NCBI RefSeq assembly: GCF_964204645.1
Contig: NC_134029.1
Span: forward strand, 11,310,850 to 11,374,849
Reading direction: 5' to 3'
Source of the DNA: Tubulanus polymorphus
Taxonomy: Eukaryota; Animalia; Nemertea
Length of the DNA: 64,000 nucleotides
In this document: positions 47,511-59,166 of the stretch, in pieces
How positions within the stretch are numbered: position 1 is the first letter of the stretch
Layout: the number at the start of each line of letters is the position of its first letter
Made by a program: the position numbers and the translations under genes
Notes under the pieces: generated by a model
What the model was told of the DNA's origin: nothing
The model's database searches: none
Seen by the model: the letters and a program-made list of their open reading frames with translations, nothing else

Positions 47511-47590
47511 TTAGATACCCTAATACCTGATACCCCATTAGATACCCTAATACCTGATACCCTAATACCTGATACCCTATTAGATACCTT
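47511..47590. repeat. Short tandem repeat
   Basis: GATACCCTAATACCT units. Confidence 0.75.
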
Positions 47591-47677
47591 AAATACTTAA
47601 AACCCCGTTTTTTATTTACTATTATTTTATACAATTTTCAACTAATATTATTATTTGAGTTAAATATAATTAATATC

Positions 47678-48475
47678 TTAATCACTTTCACTATCAGACC
47701 CTAACAATCTATTCAAATGCTCTACCGAATCTACATCAATAGTTGTTTTATTTTTATACTTATTCTTCGCCCTTTTTACCGCATCATCAATAGTTGTTTC
47801 ATTGTTATGCTTATTCATCCAATCAAAGTTATCATTATTTTCTACTTTATGTTTCATAGAATCTTTATTAGTGTTTGCTCCTAATATTTCATTTACAGTG
47901 TTTGATTCTAATATTTCATTAGCATCGGTTAGATCTAATTCATCTTTATTAGGTGTTGCTAATAAAAAATCTTTATATAATTCTTTACCATTTACTTTTT
48001 GATTTGAAACAAATTTTGTAACATATCTCAATGGGTGTTCTATAAATTCTCTTAAACCAACACGTTCTATAACATTAGTAATATGTGAATTTGTATTCAT
48101 ATGTTTATTCCAATTTGATGGAGCGTTTGAAAATTCACCTTTACAATAATCACAATAATTTCTATTTTTACTAACATTTAATATTATTGCATTATTATAT
48201 GTAGAAGGTATTATATTATTAGATGTAGTAGGTATTACATTATTAGATGTAGTAGGTATTACTGTAGTAGGTATTACATTATTATCAATTACATTACTTA
48301 AATTATCAACAACTTCACTTTTATTATTATCGATTTCTATTAGTTTAGTTTTATAAATTTTGAAAATAGGATCAAATATCAAAGCTATATTACAAGGTAT
48401 TACATAATATAAACCATCATTATTTTCATGTGTATCGATGTATGGAATATGTTTATATACTTTACCTCCTTCCAT
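47678..48475 (-). CDS. Hypothetical protein with NNVIPTTS repeats and one C2H2-type Zn finger
   Basis: YCDYC...WNKHMNTNSH; TAAATG start. Confidence 0.7.
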   Translation of the reverse strand: MEGGKVYKHIPYIDTHENNDGLYYVIPCNIALIFDPIFKIYKTKLIEIDNNKSEVVDNLSNVIDNNVIPTTVIPTTSNNVIPTTSNNIIPSTYNNAIILNVSKNRNYCDYCKGEFSNAPSNWNKHMNTNSHITNVIERVGLREFIEHPLRYVTKFVSNQKVNGKELYKDFLLATPNKDELDLTDANEILESNTVNEILGANTNKDSMKHKVENNDNFDWMNKHNNETTIDDAVKRAKNKYKNKTTIDVDSVEHLNRLLGSDSESD

Positions 48476-48507
48476 TTATATAATAAATTTTTATTAAAGT
48501 TAAAATT

Positions 48508-48706
48508 CTAATACATAACACTATCTAATTGTGAATTTACAATATTTAATTGCGCGTCAGATATAATATAAATGTGCATTTTAAAATTTTTGATTCCTTT
48601 ATTCTTTGTCATGAATAATTGTATTCCATCTTTAGTGTTTTGTAGTTTTTTTCCAGAACCATGTAATGAATTATCCTCTGTTGTTCTAAAATCTAACCAT
48701 AATGCA
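48508..48706 (-). pseudogene. 3' remnant of major capsid gene
   Basis: ALWLDFRTTEDN...; joined to the 462-aa gene by a ~2.9-kb deletion at an (ATT)n run. Confidence 0.8.
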
Positions 48707-48714
48707 TTATTATT

Positions 48715-50965
48715 ATTATTATAACCAATTATGTTTCCCATCTTTAATACTAAATCATTAGAAATAATTAATAGATTAGGGCCTATACAATAATTAAGTC
48801 TTACATGAGATTTATCTAAATAATTTTGATATCTTATAATGTTTTCTGGAATCGATCTATTTTTTGACGCCTTATGAAACGTTACCATTATGAAACCTAA
48901 ACAATGCTAACCATTCAGCGTCATTTTACAAACGACAGCCGTAAATCGATGTGCAAAACGTCACAGGTTTATGTGTACACAAACAAGCTATCTGGCAAAA
49001 TATTATTGACATAGATGTAGAATGGCTTCCTGTGATTATATAATGACCTATATTTGAACGTCGAAATGTTATATTGCATTGAATATCATTAGAAGACGTA
49101 TTGTAATAGTAAAGGATGTATGATTATATCAGAAGCGGCAGGCATAAATAGAAATGATAAGTAAATCGGATTATTCGGTTAAATGGCGGATGTATACACG
49201 ACGCGGAAGTCTGATATAAAAGTCAGACCCTGACGTGGGCATGCCGGTGGAATGACGAAGCTATCTACGATGTGTGTAGGGCAAGCGTGAATTTCATCAG
49301 CGGCTACAAGCGGTCAATATGAAAATGTGTAAACATATAATTTCAATATTCAAACGTTTTAGAAAATATGTTTGATATTAGGAGTATGCAAGTTTCGTGA
49401 GATTAGCAATTTATAATAGCATAGCTGTCATATACGGCTCCGTGTCCTCTGATGGCATGTGTATTAGGTGACAATTCAATTCAATTCTTTATTGATCCTT
49501 ATTACATTGAAATTCCGGGATAAAATTCCCAAATTCAATAAATACAAATTTTAAAATAAATTAATACAACATACATGACACACGGGTAATTCATACAGAA
49601 CAACATAATCATATTATTTTAAATGACAATGTCTACTTCAACCCACCCAGACTCAAGACTCTAGGATATCGAGTGACAGCCAAACCCGTGGCCCGGGCTG
49701 GCTGGCTAGGCCACACGATATGCTCGAAGTCATGATGAAGCAGACATCAGAAGAGCTCTTTCTTCATCCATGGAGGCAATGAAGTTGCAGACCAGCTTAG
49801 AGGCATAAGTAAATGAAGTCGGTCGCAAGTTCGCGATCAATTATTGAGAATTTTCAATAAAAAAATTTAAACCACTACTAGAGTCGAAGACCTGTATCAT
49901 CTACCCAATCGCCAAATCTCATCATTCCCCAAATTTCTTAAAACTTCGATTTCAAATTTGCAATTCCACATTAGCTTAGCCCAGAAATTCTACATTTTTT
50001 CCCCAGGCGTCAAATAATTTTCTAAAATTAATTTTCTTGTTATCATTATGAATTGAATCTTCAAATAATACTTTAAATTGTTTTTGTGTATCGAATGATG
50101 TATTCAAATTTCCAATTATTGGGGATCTTGTTTCAACCTGTGATCCTAGAATACATATCAAATAAGTTCTAATTGATTGATTTATTCTTTCTATACCTGA
50201 TTTAGTAAAACCTTCACTATTTTCTAAAATAAAATAAACCCAACCATTATTGTTTTCTTGTTTTAAATGATCATAAAATTTCGGTAATTTATTGAAATTT
50301 AATGTTTCTAAATCCTTAGTTTCTATTTTACCATAACCTAATTTATTATAATAGATATTATAAAAACTATTAGATGGTATGGGAAGTGCACAATATTCTG
50401 CAATCTTTTTAGGGCAAGGAAGTGATCTTATTGTTCCAATTTTTGTTCTAAAATCAGAATTATTTATATCTATATTAAATTCATTACAAATTTTATAAAA
50501 CTTAGATAAATTAATATTATTATCTAATTCTTTAAAATACCTAGATCCTGGTAAAACGCACTCGAATTCATTTAATATTATTCTGATTTGAAAGTATGTA
50601 TGAAATCTAAATAAACTTTGAATTAGTTTATATTTAGAATTATTCAAATGATCATTCCAACTAATTCCACAACCTGTTGTTGCACAATAAACAGCAAAAT
50701 TTAATTGATTCTGCCAATACTTCATATTAGATTTTAATAACCATTGTTTTTCATCTTTCAATTTTTTAAAATTAATTAAATATACATGAAATATATTTTC
50801 CATCTTTGCATTAAAATTATTAGTTTCAGTAACATAAATTTCTAAATTAGTTAATGAATCTAAAACTTCATTTCTATATGTAATATCTTTATTAAAATCT
50901 ATTGCTGGAATATTATATTTAATTGATTTATTATATTGGAAAGCTTTTGGAAAACTATCTGCCAT
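48715..50965 (-). pseudogene. 462-aa family gene interrupted by an insertion and truncated by deletion
   Basis: Matches 28134-29522 on both sides of 48863-50041. Confidence 0.82.
48863..50041 (+). mobile_element. Helentron/HINE-like non-autonomous insertion (~1.18 kb)
   Basis: Inserted in a T run; sub-terminal IR TTTGACGCCT/AGGCGTCAAA; 3' hairpin AATTTT-CT-AAAATT then CTTGTT; insertion certain, class inferred. Confidence 0.65.
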
Positions 50966-50981
50966 TTATATAATTAAAAAA

Positions 50982-52314
50982 TTAATAATTTATTAATTCT
51001 TTTAATAATTTATCTTGTTCTTCAACTGTTATATGACCATTTAAACTTATGATATAATCTAGTGTATTCTTTAATTTATTAATTTCTTTTATATTAGTTT
51101 TAATTTTTTCTTTATTACTTTTTATATTTAATTTTGAACTTATACCGGTTAAAACACTTGAACTTATGCAGCCGTCAATAGTAACCCTGAACCCCCCCTC
51201 CTCAGGGATCGACACTTGATCGACGTCGTTAGAGTGTCGTCACCTGGACGATCTATTTTTTCAACATAGTCGACTGGGTGGTGCTAAGAGCAAAATGAAA
51301 TGGTGTGTGCCTGTCGTATAGATTTTAGTCTGATTGGTGATATCTTGGCGTAAATAAAGAATATTATGCAACGATAGCCTGTCGTTCAATTTATCAAACT
51401 TTTTTCGGGTTTCTTACATCATCGGCGTAGCGAGTTCGGGGCAAGGATGATCATCGGATAAGTTAAATATAATTTACTAAATGTGGGATTCGACCATGCT
51501 ACAACGACGGTGACGTCACAAATGGATTTGCAGTGTATGGTTTATCGTTAACTGCTCGTGTTGGCTGAACCGGCTGACAGGAGGTGATTACTTTTGTCTT
51601 GATGATTAATGATATGAAATGAAACGATAACTGAATGTCAGCATAAGCTATTAACAAGGCCAAGTAAAGTCAAACCGTATGCATATAAATCACTACTTTG
51701 CAGCGAATTCTGTTTCTGAAAAAAACTATGTACAACGCTAACCCAGATAAGATCAAATCTTTTTTTTTAATTTTTCATTTAAAAAAGGATAGTTTTGCAT
51801 GTCCAGTGGTAAAAATATCGAAATTTAGACATACTGCATCAGCTGTCGATACCCTAACGTTCATGAAAATGGTAGCAGGTGGTTTAGCGTCTCTTGCCTG
51901 ACTCTTGCGTAGCAATGCTCTAGTGATAAAATGTCGTTCAGCATGAAATACCATGGTGAAACAGGGTCGTTCCCTGGTCGATTAGAAATACCAAATGCGT
52001 CGATAAAGTGTCGTATGCCTGAGGAGGGGGGGGGGGTTCAGGGTTACAATTGACGGTTGCATTAATCCTAACACACCAATTGATATAGCTAAAGGTGTTA
52101 ATGGACTGAATATTGCTAAAAATGTTATTACAGAACTAATTGTAACCGAACCACTAATAATCAAATAATATATAATTTTACTTTTTAGATATTTTTTCTT
52201 TTTTATCTTTAAGTCACTTTCAAATTCTAATATTTGTTTTTCTAAATATATTTTTAATTTAGTTTTATTTATATCATGAGGAATAATATCAATACTATCA
52301 ACTTTATCTTCCAT
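50982..52314 (-). pseudogene. Two-TM coiled-coil gene split by a MITE
   Basis: Both halves match 29540-29974. Confidence 0.85.
51167..52061. mobile_element. PIF/Harbinger-like MITE (895 bp)
   Basis: ~40-bp TIR TGCA.CCGTCAAT.GTAACCCTGAACCCCCCCTCCTCAGG; TTA TSD at 51164-51166 and 52062-52064; empty site in A and B. Confidence 0.85.
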
Positions 52315-52334
52315 TTATTTAGCAAAAAAAATTA

Positions 52335-52757
52335 CTAATTAGTAAACTTATAAGCAACAAATATAACAATAACTGTTCCGCCTAAAATCCAAATTATTTC
52401 ATATTTCTGTTGTTCTTTACTTGGGGTATAATAATCTGATAATTTAGGTTTGTATAGATGTAATTTTTCTTTATTGGTTACCGCGTTATATAAACTCATT
52501 GCATCATCAACTGATTGAAAATCTGTATGTGAAATCTTCTGATCATATAATTCCTTGTTAATATAATCCATATAGTTTTGTCGTTTTTCTCTATATTCTT
52601 CTGCAGCTTTATTATATTTCTCTAACGCTAAGTTATGTCTTCTTTGTTCTCCTAATGAACTATCTTTATCAATATGTTTAAATAAATAACCACCACCAGT
52701 AAATGCTAAAGCGTTAACAATTGCCGATCCTATAATAGTTATAATTGCAGAAGCCAT
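52335..52757 (-). CDS. Small membrane-associated protein (ExxRHNLALE motif)
   Basis: Homolog of 29994-30416. Confidence 0.78.
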   Translation of the reverse strand: MASAIITIIGSAIVNALAFTGGGYLFKHIDKDSSLGEQRRHNLALEKYNKAAEEYREKRQNYMDYINKELYDQKISHTDFQSVDDAMSLYNAVTNKEKLHLYKPKLSDYYTPSKEQQKYEIIWILGGTVIVIFVAYKFTN

Positions 52758-52781
52758 TTATTTAACAAAATAATTACGCAT

Positions 52782-53003
52782 TTATATGGGAGGAATATAT
52801 TTTTGTTTTTCCAAATAATCAATTGTTAAATTAGATAAAGTAACTGCTAATGTTAATTTTAAAATATCATTTATATCAAATCTATCAACATTAACACTTC
52901 CCATTTTAAATACTTTTTTTAATACCATTGAATAACCAACAGTTCCAACTGATAGTAATGCGCCATTATATAATCCAGTTATTATCCACTTATTATCACT
53001 CAT
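52782..53003 (-). CDS. 73-aa hydrophobic protein
   Basis: Protein identical to 30441-30662. Confidence 0.75.
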   Translation of the reverse strand: MSDNKWIITGLYNGALLSVGTVGYSMVLKKVFKMGSVNVDRFDINDILKLTLAVTLSNLTIDYLEKQKYIPPI

Positions 53004-53360
53004 TTATTTATCAAAAAAATTACTATCATCAAAATATTTAGTTATCTTATTTATGATTAATTCAACATTTATTTCATTACTAGTTTCATTTGTATATATT
53101 TCAATTATTATTTTTTTAATATCATCGATGATAAAATCTTCATCTAATTCATAAAATCTTAAAGATTCTCTAATTAAATTAGTAATCTTTTCTACATTTA
53201 AAGTTTCTTTATCTATTGTTGTTTCATACTCAAATGTTGTTTCATTAGAAAATGCAATATTTTTGATATGTGTAATTACATCATTAATGTTAAATTTCAT
53301 TTCTTTCTCACGTTTAAAATCAAACCCAAAACATATACTCGGTCCAACAGTTATATTCAT
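53004..53360 (-). CDS. Hypothetical protein
   Basis: Divergent homolog of 30666-31004. Confidence 0.7.
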   Translation of the reverse strand: MNITVGPSICFGFDFKREKEMKFNINDVITHIKNIAFSNETTFEYETTIDKETLNVEKITNLIRESLRFYELDEDFIIDDIKKIIIEIYTNETSNEINVELIINKITKYFDDSNFFDK

Positions 53361-53376
53361 TTATATAGTGAAAAAA

Positions 53377-54131
53377 TTACTCTCTACATCTTATAACTAA
53401 TTCATAAATTACAGGAAAGTTATTCAAAGCAATTAAATATCCATTGTGATTTCTTATTTCTAACTTAAAATTATTAAATTTTGGAATACAAGGTTTGAAA
53501 TCACATTCTGTTAAATTATAATTTATTTGAGTTCCAAATTGTTTAACATTTTTAGCGGTAAAATATTTAGTATACTAGAATTACAAATTGTTTCTTTAGT
53601 TGCTTCGAAAGTTTTTGTAGGCTCGATTAAATTGCAATAAATATAAAAGTGTGTAAAAGGTATTATATTTGAGCTGCCGTCTGCGTTTCCAGTAACTGTA
53701 AGCGGTTTAATTCCTAACATTTTAGCCAGTGGTTTGTTTACCATAAATTTATGTTGTTCATTAGATATCTTTATTCTAATCTTATTAGTACTATCAATTT
53801 TATTAAATTTAATTTCAAATACAGAAGTGCCCCCGATTTTCAACCAAGCTCTTCTATTAATTTCCTGCGCTAATGATTCTAAATTATATAATCCTGGTTT
53901 TAAAAATATATGAAACCATTTATCTTTATTTCTCATATAAATCATAAACCCTCTATGTTCAAAAGTTTTATCCGATACATTGTAAAAAGAATTACATAAA
54001 CTTATATTAACTAATTTTAAATCAACACAATTTTTGAATTCTCTATCTAATTGTACTAATAAATTATGTGATTTATAATTTGTAAGTTTTCTAGAATCTA
54101 CAAATATTCTGTATTCTTTTAATTCTACCAT
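53377..54131 (-). pseudogene. Minor capsid (penton) protein, 1-bp frameshift near 53550
   Basis: PLKMLNN versus PLKNVKQ in B. Confidence 0.72.
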
Positions 54132-54148
54132 TTATTTTACATATTTTC

Positions 54149-54502
54149 TTATTCGAAATCTATTTCATGGTGACCTTTTTCATTCTTACCTTTGTATACG
54201 AAATAGAAATCTCCAGAACATAATTCTTCTAAATCTTCACTTGATAATCTATGAAATCTATCTGGTAAATATGTTCTGAATTTATATGTATTTCCTTTTA
54301 ATCCTTCATATTCTAAGTGTATAACTAATTTATCTCCATATTTGTTAGCAACTGTATCAATATTTGTAATTAGATATTTCTTATGGATTGTTAATTCTGT
54401 TAACTTTTTGAATTTATAATCTACAGATTTTACATTTGTAGTATCTTTAATTCTATCTAGAAATAATTTGTTGTTCTCACTGTGCGCTTGTTTACTCTCC
54501 AT
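54149..54502 (-). CDS. Putative ssDNA-binding protein downstream of pPolB
   Basis: Homolog of 6508-6879, distant homolog of 21913-22239. Confidence 0.6.
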   Translation of the reverse strand: MESKQAHSENNKLFLDRIKDTTNVKSVDYKFKKLTELTIHKKYLITNIDTVANKYGDKLVIHLEYEGLKGNTYKFRTYLPDRFHRLSSEDLEELCSGDFYFVYKGKNEKGHHEIDFE

Positions 54503-54531
54503 TTTAATAACATATTTTTATTAAAATTTGA

Positions 54532-57500
54532 TTAACACGTTAGAATTCTTTTCATTATCTCGTTCTCTTTTGTTTCTTCTCTTTTAAATTTTAAGTATTC
54601 ATCTAAATTGCAACCATAAGCAACTGTATGAATTCCATCATCTAAAATATATCTTTTATCATCAAATGAGTTTAGACTTATCTTTTCAATTTCTTCAATA
54701 AACATTTCATGATCTTCAGATCTTAAACATCTCATCTTATGTTTTCTAACTTCTTCATTGAATATACAATTGATGTAATCTTTGAAATGAATATTCTTTT
54801 CTACTACACTTTTGGTTATTCCTTTTAACTTTTTAGCTTCATGTTCCTTAGTTTTATATGAATACATTTTAGATCTAATACCTATGAACTCTATCATTTC
54901 TTCACCGCCTAATTCATCTTTGAATTTACCGGGAACTTTTTTATTATCATTGCTAAACAATTCATGATTTTTAGGATAATTACTAAAATCAAAATGATGT
55001 TTTAATGTTTTTAAATCATCAGTTATGTTATCAGTTTTTATCTTTAATATGTAAGAATCTGTATCAAAATATAATATTTCTATATGTTTTTCTCCAAAAA
55101 GTGGTTGTAATACATTATAATAGAATTCATACATTAGTAATTTTGATAATTCTAAAACTGAAGCGCCAACATAGATTGGTTTATTAAATTTCATTGATGT
55201 TCTTCTCATTTTAACTGCGGCTAAATTTTCATCAAATATTCTGTTACCAATGAACTTAGGATATGTTTGTAAATGTCTAATTCTTTTACCATTACTAACT
55301 AACTCAATATCATTTCTATTTCTAATATTTTCACAAGTCTTACCATAGAATGCATTATTCATTAACTTGAAGAAATCTTTCTCGAAATCAGTTTTAGCTT
55401 TAGTTCTCTGTTTGGTGTTAAAATCTATATATTTTTCTAACCACTTAGATTGACTGAATGAAATATATCTATGTACTTTTTTTAGAACCATTCCTTGATT
55501 CAAATAGAATTTTAACATTCTATAATGTACTACATAATTATATTTATCTTCTTGAGTTACCATTAACTTTTCTGTATGAATATGATTTTCAGGTTTAATT
55601 CTTTTTTGATAACTTGATAATTCTTCATGAGTTACAGTTTTATGTTCGGGACAGTAAGCTAGATTTCTAGATTTAAATTTAATATGTTCAGGATATTCTA
55701 AGTCTACAACAAAAAAGTAACCAGTATCTGAATCATCTGCAATATCTAGGATTCTTTTCTTCCAATCAAATTTATCATTATTTTCATTCTGTAAAACTTC
55801 AGTTAATTCAAATACTCCATAAGGTTGTGGTTCCATCATTGCCCAACCATACAAATTATTTGCATCTATATATAATAACTTATATCCAGGGTTATCATTT
55901 ACATTGAAATATCTATCACCTAATACACCTGAAACTCCTCCTCTTATAGATTTTTCAAATAATAATAATTGATCTATATTTGTTAACAAATCCATTTTTA
56001 TATTTGTAAATTTTAATCCACAATCCCATGTTAATCCTGGTGATGAATAACAATGACAAGGATCAATGTTAAAATATTTTAGGTTTACATCTCTAAACCT
56101 TTCGAATATATCGGTTAATAATAATACATCTGATTTTAAATATAAATCTACTAATTGCCCATGATTTTCTATTTTGAAATGATTCCAAATATTCAATGTT
56201 CTATTATAGACTTCATCTTTAACATATTCATTTTTTAATTCATCATAAAATTGTTCTTTCAATAATTCATTTATATTGAAATCATTATGTGATTTATAAA
56301 ATGAATATGGAATTGCTCCTTTATATCTCATTAATTTAAAATCATCATTATTTGGGTAGTGTTGTTTTAATATTTTTAATTCATCATCAACTAATGATTT
56401 TGATAAGTTATCTAATGAACTATTTAAAAATCTATATGAATCTATAAATCTTAGGCAACCAAATTGGAATGATATATAATTCTCAGATGTTTTAGCTAAC
56501 ATTCTAAATTTATAAGTTGGTATTTTATCTTTTGATCTATTTGAATTTAATATTTCTATTTCATTATTGATTTCTTCTATTTTATGACATAACTGTTTGA
56601 TGAATAAATGCGCGTCATACCCCGATAAATTGTGAAATATAACTGGTACAAAGTTAATTTTCTTAGCTTGTAAGTTACAATTCTCATGTGCAGCGCCTCT
56701 AAACTTTCCGTTCAAATGATCATGGTCTCTTACTTTTTTATCTTTATAATTAAATATCTTTTCACAATAATAACATTTACCTGCAAACGCAAATTCTTCT
56801 TTATCTTTTTCTGTCATTATAATTTCTATATTTGTATTCAATAATTTACTAAATCTTATTTCATATTCAATTAATAAGTCACAAAAATGATTGATAACAT
56901 TTTCATTTCTATAATTATAATATTCACTTTCAATTAGTTCTGGATAATCAGATTTAATATATAACCCGAAAGCTGCAGCTGATTGATGAATCTTTTTAAT
57001 AGTATTTGTTTTTGGTGGTTCATCTGAAAAATCATTTTCATTAGAATTTAATTTCTTTCTTTTATAATATATATCTTTTCTATCTTGATCAGTTAGTTCT
57101 TTATCTAATGATTCAAAATCTCCATATATAACAAATGGTACTTTATTTTTGTAGTCATATTTTTTGAATTCTAATATTTTATCTTTTTCATTTGGTAAAA
57201 CTAATTTACAATAATCATGATTTTCACATAATTGTTTATGATTTAATAACGTATTTTCATTACTGAATCTATGTAAACATTTTCTACAAAGATATATTTT
57301 ATGGTGATCATTTTCTGATTTAAAAAATAAATCGATTTGTTTAATCCACATATAATGATTCTCATAATATAGTATATCTATAACATCGTTTGAATCATAA
57401 TCTTTTGATAGATATAAAGGTACTAATGTATAATGTTTTATGTTGTTACCTTTTGTATTTGGTATTTTGATTAAATCAAATACATTTATCTTTATATTAT

Positions 57501-58569
57501 TATCTCTTTCTATTTTTGGGATGTTTTTAATTCTAACAGGATACTTATCTATCTTATAATTATTTTCAAATGGTTTATAATGAGTTAATCTAAAACTATG
57601 TGTAATATCTTCTGTTGGATGTAAACAACTTATTATAGCCCACAGAAAACATTTATCATCTTCATTTTGTACGTTTATAACAGCATTAGTTTTAAATGGT
57701 AGTTTGATATAACTCGATGCTTCAATATCTGGTTCTTTATAATATGATACATTATTTTCATCGATTGGTTTTGATTTAGTTAACTTATCATATTTTGTGT
57801 TATAAACATGTAAAGTCATAAATATTATTTCATCAAATATTAAACCAGATCCTTCAAAATATTTCTCTTCTATTTTAGTTTTTACTTCATTATAACATTT
57901 ATCTAATTTATCATCTATATGTTGTTTAGAAATAATATGTTGTGAATGAGAATTTATATTATATATTGGTTTATCTTCAGATTTTATAAACTTTACTTTA
58001 GAAGATATACTTATTTTAGGATATTCAACATCTGTAATTATTTTTATTATTTCTTTCATATTTTCTAAATGTTTTTTATTTTCTTCTAATGTTTTACCTT
58101 TATGAAATTTAAACTCGATAGCTGCTTGACCAATATCACTTTTAAATGCTTCGGTTATCTCTATATCTTTTTTATTATCTAATGAATTAATATAATTTCT
58201 TACATCTTCCATGTATGGTCTTTTATTGTTTAATTTATTTTTTATGCTTTTAATTGTCTTCTGTTTCTTATCGTTATCATTATCAAAATAATCTTCACCT
58301 AAAATATCATTATTCTTATTTCTAATATGACTTGTAGATTTTAAATGTTCTTTATAATATCTTTTATCACTGAATGATTGATTACATGTATCACATTTGT
58401 ATGTTTCTTTTACATTCTTTAATTCATCTAATTTAGTTTCTAATATATCATCTTTATATTCTAGTTTCAATTTATTCTCTAAATGTGTTTTAGTTTTATT
58501 GTGTCTTGCTTTTTGGGATTTATCTACATTGATATTACATGTTGGACAGTAGTACTTATTTGCTTCCAT
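54532..58569 (-). CDS. polB: Intact protein-primed family B DNA polymerase (1345 aa), intein-less
   Basis: N-terminal Zn fingers; KCFLW...HY putative OTU-like dyad; ExoI YGDFES; EndoVII/HNH insert CYYC..DHDH..RGAAH..CN; DANNLYG; KLMNNAFYGK; YFDTDS. Confidence 0.95.
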   Translation of the reverse strand: MEANKYYCPTCNINVDKSQKARHNKTKTHLENKLKLEYKDDILETKLDELKNVKETYKCDTCNQSFSDKRYYKEHLKSTSHIRNKNNDILGEDYFDNDNDKKQKTIKSIKNKLNNKRPYMEDVRNYINSLDNKKDIEITEAFKSDIGQAAIEFKFHKGKTLEENKKHLENMKEIIKIITDVEYPKISISSKVKFIKSEDKPIYNINSHSQHIISKQHIDDKLDKCYNEVKTKIEEKYFEGSGLIFDEIIFMTLHVYNTKYDKLTKSKPIDENNVSYYKEPDIEASSYIKLPFKTNAVINVQNEDDKCFLWAIISCLHPTEDITHSFRLTHYKPFENNYKIDKYPVRIKNIPKIERDNNIKINVFDLIKIPNTKGNNIKHYTLVPLYLSKDYDSNDVIDILYYENHYMWIKQIDLFFKSENDHHKIYLCRKCLHRFSNENTLLNHKQLCENHDYCKLVLPNEKDKILEFKKYDYKNKVPFVIYGDFESLDKELTDQDRKDIYYKRKKLNSNENDFSDEPPKTNTIKKIHQSAAAFGLYIKSDYPELIESEYYNYRNENVINHFCDLLIEYEIRFSKLLNTNIEIIMTEKDKEEFAFAGKCYYCEKIFNYKDKKVRDHDHLNGKFRGAAHENCNLQAKKINFVPVIFHNLSGYDAHLFIKQLCHKIEEINNEIEILNSNRSKDKIPTYKFRMLAKTSENYISFQFGCLRFIDSYRFLNSSLDNLSKSLVDDELKILKQHYPNNDDFKLMRYKGAIPYSFYKSHNDFNINELLKEQFYDELKNEYVKDEVYNRTLNIWNHFKIENHGQLVDLYLKSDVLLLTDIFERFRDVNLKYFNIDPCHCYSSPGLTWDCGLKFTNIKMDLLTNIDQLLLFEKSIRGGVSGVLGDRYFNVNDNPGYKLLYIDANNLYGWAMMEPQPYGVFELTEVLQNENNDKFDWKKRILDIADDSDTGYFFVVDLEYPEHIKFKSRNLAYCPEHKTVTHEELSSYQKRIKPENHIHTEKLMVTQEDKYNYVVHYRMLKFYLNQGMVLKKVHRYISFSQSKWLEKYIDFNTKQRTKAKTDFEKDFFKLMNNAFYGKTCENIRNRNDIELVSNGKRIRHLQTYPKFIGNRIFDENLAAVKMRRTSMKFNKPIYVGASVLELSKLLMYEFYYNVLQPLFGEKHIEILYFDTDSYILKIKTDNITDDLKTLKHHFDFSNYPKNHELFSNDNKKVPGKFKDELGGEEMIEFIGIRSKMYSYKTKEHEAKKLKGITKSVVEKNIHFKDYINCIFNEEVRKHKMRCLRSEDHEMFIEEIEKISLNSFDDKRYILDDGIHTVAYGCNLDEYLKFKREETKENEIMKRILTC

Positions 58570-58827
58570 TTTAATACTAAATTTTTTATTAAAATTGATT
58601 TTAGAAGTTCAATGATTTAAATGTTATTCATGTACATGATTATTTTAAGAGTAATAGGGGTAATGGGCTTTCATATCAAAGGTTGAATGGTCGAGCTCAT
58701 TAAAAACAAATATTCAAAGTAATTAAAAACTATAATATATTTTCATAACCGCATGCATTTCAACTGAATAATAGAATAATTATTATTATTTGAATATATT
58801 TGATTATATGAATTTGTGTATTGTAAA
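58456..58827 (-). repeat. Truncated right TIR of C
   Basis: Reverse complement of ~41615-41986. Confidence 0.88.
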
Positions 58828-58831
58828 CAAA

Positions 58832-59045
58832 AGGAAGGAATAAGAATTGTGCGGGAAAATAAAGAAAGAACGTAGACCCACGAGAAGAGTTGTTATTATT
58901 CCGGAGTCAGAGGGATATCACTTATCGGATTAATCGGAGCCAAGAACGACAACACGAGGGGAGAACGCAACGTGGCCCCCACAACAATTGGTTGAGAAAC
59001 TCAACCCCACAACATTGTTGGAGAACCGAAAGCAACCCCACAACA
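58832..59045 (+). repeat. 3' LTR, right part
   Basis: Matches ~21536-21735 except a 14-bp indel; followed by ACTT. Confidence 0.88.
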
Positions 59046-59166
59046 ACTTTTTCTAAAATGACATAATATTAACACCATCGCCGTAATGCTTTTACGCGTC
59101 CAACGCGTTCGCTAGGACGAAACTGATTACGAAAACGTTAACGTTACGCACAATAAGCGGGCATTC

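Larger units (their letters stand above)
41387..58828. mobile_element. Polinton element C (A-type TIR; right terminus deleted)
   Basis: Starts AGTAGTAATAGGGG; ~600-bp left TIR whose inner part is mirrored at 58456-58827; pPolB, integrase, ATPase, penton. Confidence 0.92.
21194..59045 (+). mobile_element. Non-autonomous LTR retroelement (Gypsy-like TSD) carrying Polintons B and C as insertions
   Basis: 5' LTR 21194-21735; 3' LTR split into 41228-41386 and 58832-59045; ACTT TSD at 21190-21193 and 59046-59049; PBS and PPT present; ~2.9-kb internal part without long ORF. Confidence 0.85.

Noticed and set aside
48508-48888. 126-aa ORF as a novel fusion protein
   Set aside because: Product of a deletion joining two gene remnants, with its start inside an inserted repeat
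58590-58600. Mimivirus early promoter AAAATTGA near pPolB starts (also ~11571 and ~6889)
   Set aside because: It lies on the strand opposite the gene and is likely by chance in AT-rich DNA
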